Shown one piece after another: positions 63,780 to 64,000 of a stretch of 64,000 nt of DNA. Position numbers and translations under genes: made by a program. The stretch spans positions 3,137-67,136 of the forward strand of contig CAYTXV010000003.1 of the NCBI GenBank assembly GCA_964441495.1. Reading direction: 5' to 3'. The DNA comes from an uncultured Candidatus Saccharibacteria bacterium (GTDB lineage: Bacteria; Patescibacteriota; Minisyncoccia; Phycocordibacterales; UBA9973). Each line of letters begins with the position of its first letter. The first letter of the stretch is position 1. A model generated the notes under the pieces. The model was not told where the DNA came from, did not search any database, and saw only the letters and a program-made list of their open reading frames with translations.

Positions 63780-64000
63780 TTACTCTTGAGTTTCTGTTGC
63801 CACTTCTTCTGTGGGAGCTTCTTCGATAGGTCCTGCTACTTTGCCTCCGAGGATTTGCTTCATCTTGCGACGAACTTCTTTGGCTGCCTTGTCTCGGATG
63901 TAGTAGAGCTTGCTTCGGCGAGTCTTTGCACGCTTGACGACCTCTATCTTGTCGATCATCGGAGAGTAGAGTGGGAAGATACGCTCAACACCTACTGAGT
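63780..64000 (-). CDS. rplS: 50S ribosomal protein L19 (partial; N-terminus beyond window end)
   Basis: Hand translation of minus strand: ...[50 protein letters not shown]...TQE*. Confidence 0.9.
   Translation of the reverse strand, partial: SVGVERIFPLYSPMIDKIEVVKRAKTRRSKLYYIRDKAAKEVRRKMKQILGGKVAGPIEEAPTEEVATETQE

Noticed and set aside
63699-63998. 99-aa plus-strand ORF from the track
   Set aside because: It starts inside tRNA-Leu and runs antisense to the clearly recognisable rplS coding sequence.
1-64000. CRISPR arrays, transposases, integrases, prophage structural genes and rRNA operons
   Set aside because: No spaced direct repeats and no recognisable mobile-element or rRNA sequences were seen on either strand. 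The AT-rich islands lack flanking integrase or att-like repeats as far as I can see by eye.
1-64000. Alternative genetic code (UGA recoding, as in some CPR lineages)
   Set aside because: Long conserved genes translate uninterrupted with the standard code, and TGA serves as a genuine stop, for example in the ATGA overlaps at 10489-10492 and 45948-45951.

Overview
This 64 kb window looks like a small-genome bacterium, probably CPR/Patescibacteria (Parcubacteria-like). That placement is an inference from gene content: minimal aminoacyl-tRNA synthetases, typical CPR surface proteins and no Shine-Dalgarno sequences. The standard genetic code fits, because TGA is used as a stop. Backbone GC is roughly 48-50% by eye, with several visibly AT-richer islets.

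Gene content:
- 1-0.35 kb: partial rplJ.
- 1.1-16.3 kb: a cell-surface glycan locus. It holds a priming phosphoglycosyl transferase, Wzm/Wzt ABC exporter, two FkbM methyltransferases, GT10-like and GT11 fucosyltransferases, three GT2s, gmd/fcl, a glycine-rich secreted protein and an O-antigen-ligase-like protein.
- 16.4-18.4 kb: a large surface protein with a peptidoglycan-binding domain.
- 19-25.5 kb: ftsK, recA, efp and rpsF-ssb-rpsR.
- 25.9-43 kb: a long minus-strand housekeeping run with tatD, metG, glyQS, recO, ileS, ndk and argS.
- 40.3-47.3 kb: a deoxypyrimidine locus whose 43.6-47.3 kb core is AT-richer (dut, a divergent thyA-like gene, a HIT-like gene, an extended dCMP deaminase, a nucleotidyltransferase, folA, with ndk and a DUF4406-like gene nearby).
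- 47.4-64 kb: secE-nusG-rplK, a MacAB-like ABC system, pheST, trhO, msrAB, tRNA-His, tRNA-Leu and partial rplS.

Most notable observations:
1. A complete histidine-phosphatase domain is nested inside isoleucyl-tRNA synthetase.
2. An Ile T-box leader sits upstream of that ileS.
3. An extended -10 motif (TGnTAnAnT) lies 6-8 nt upstream of many start codons, implying widespread leaderless mRNAs.
4. A self-contained unit of promoter, 25-bp closing helix and terminator of about 200 nt looks like an unannotated sRNA.
5. A roughly 430-nt structured intergenic region remains unexplained.

No CRISPR array, transposase or integrase was seen. All homology calls are by-eye motif recognition; no searches or folding computations were run.
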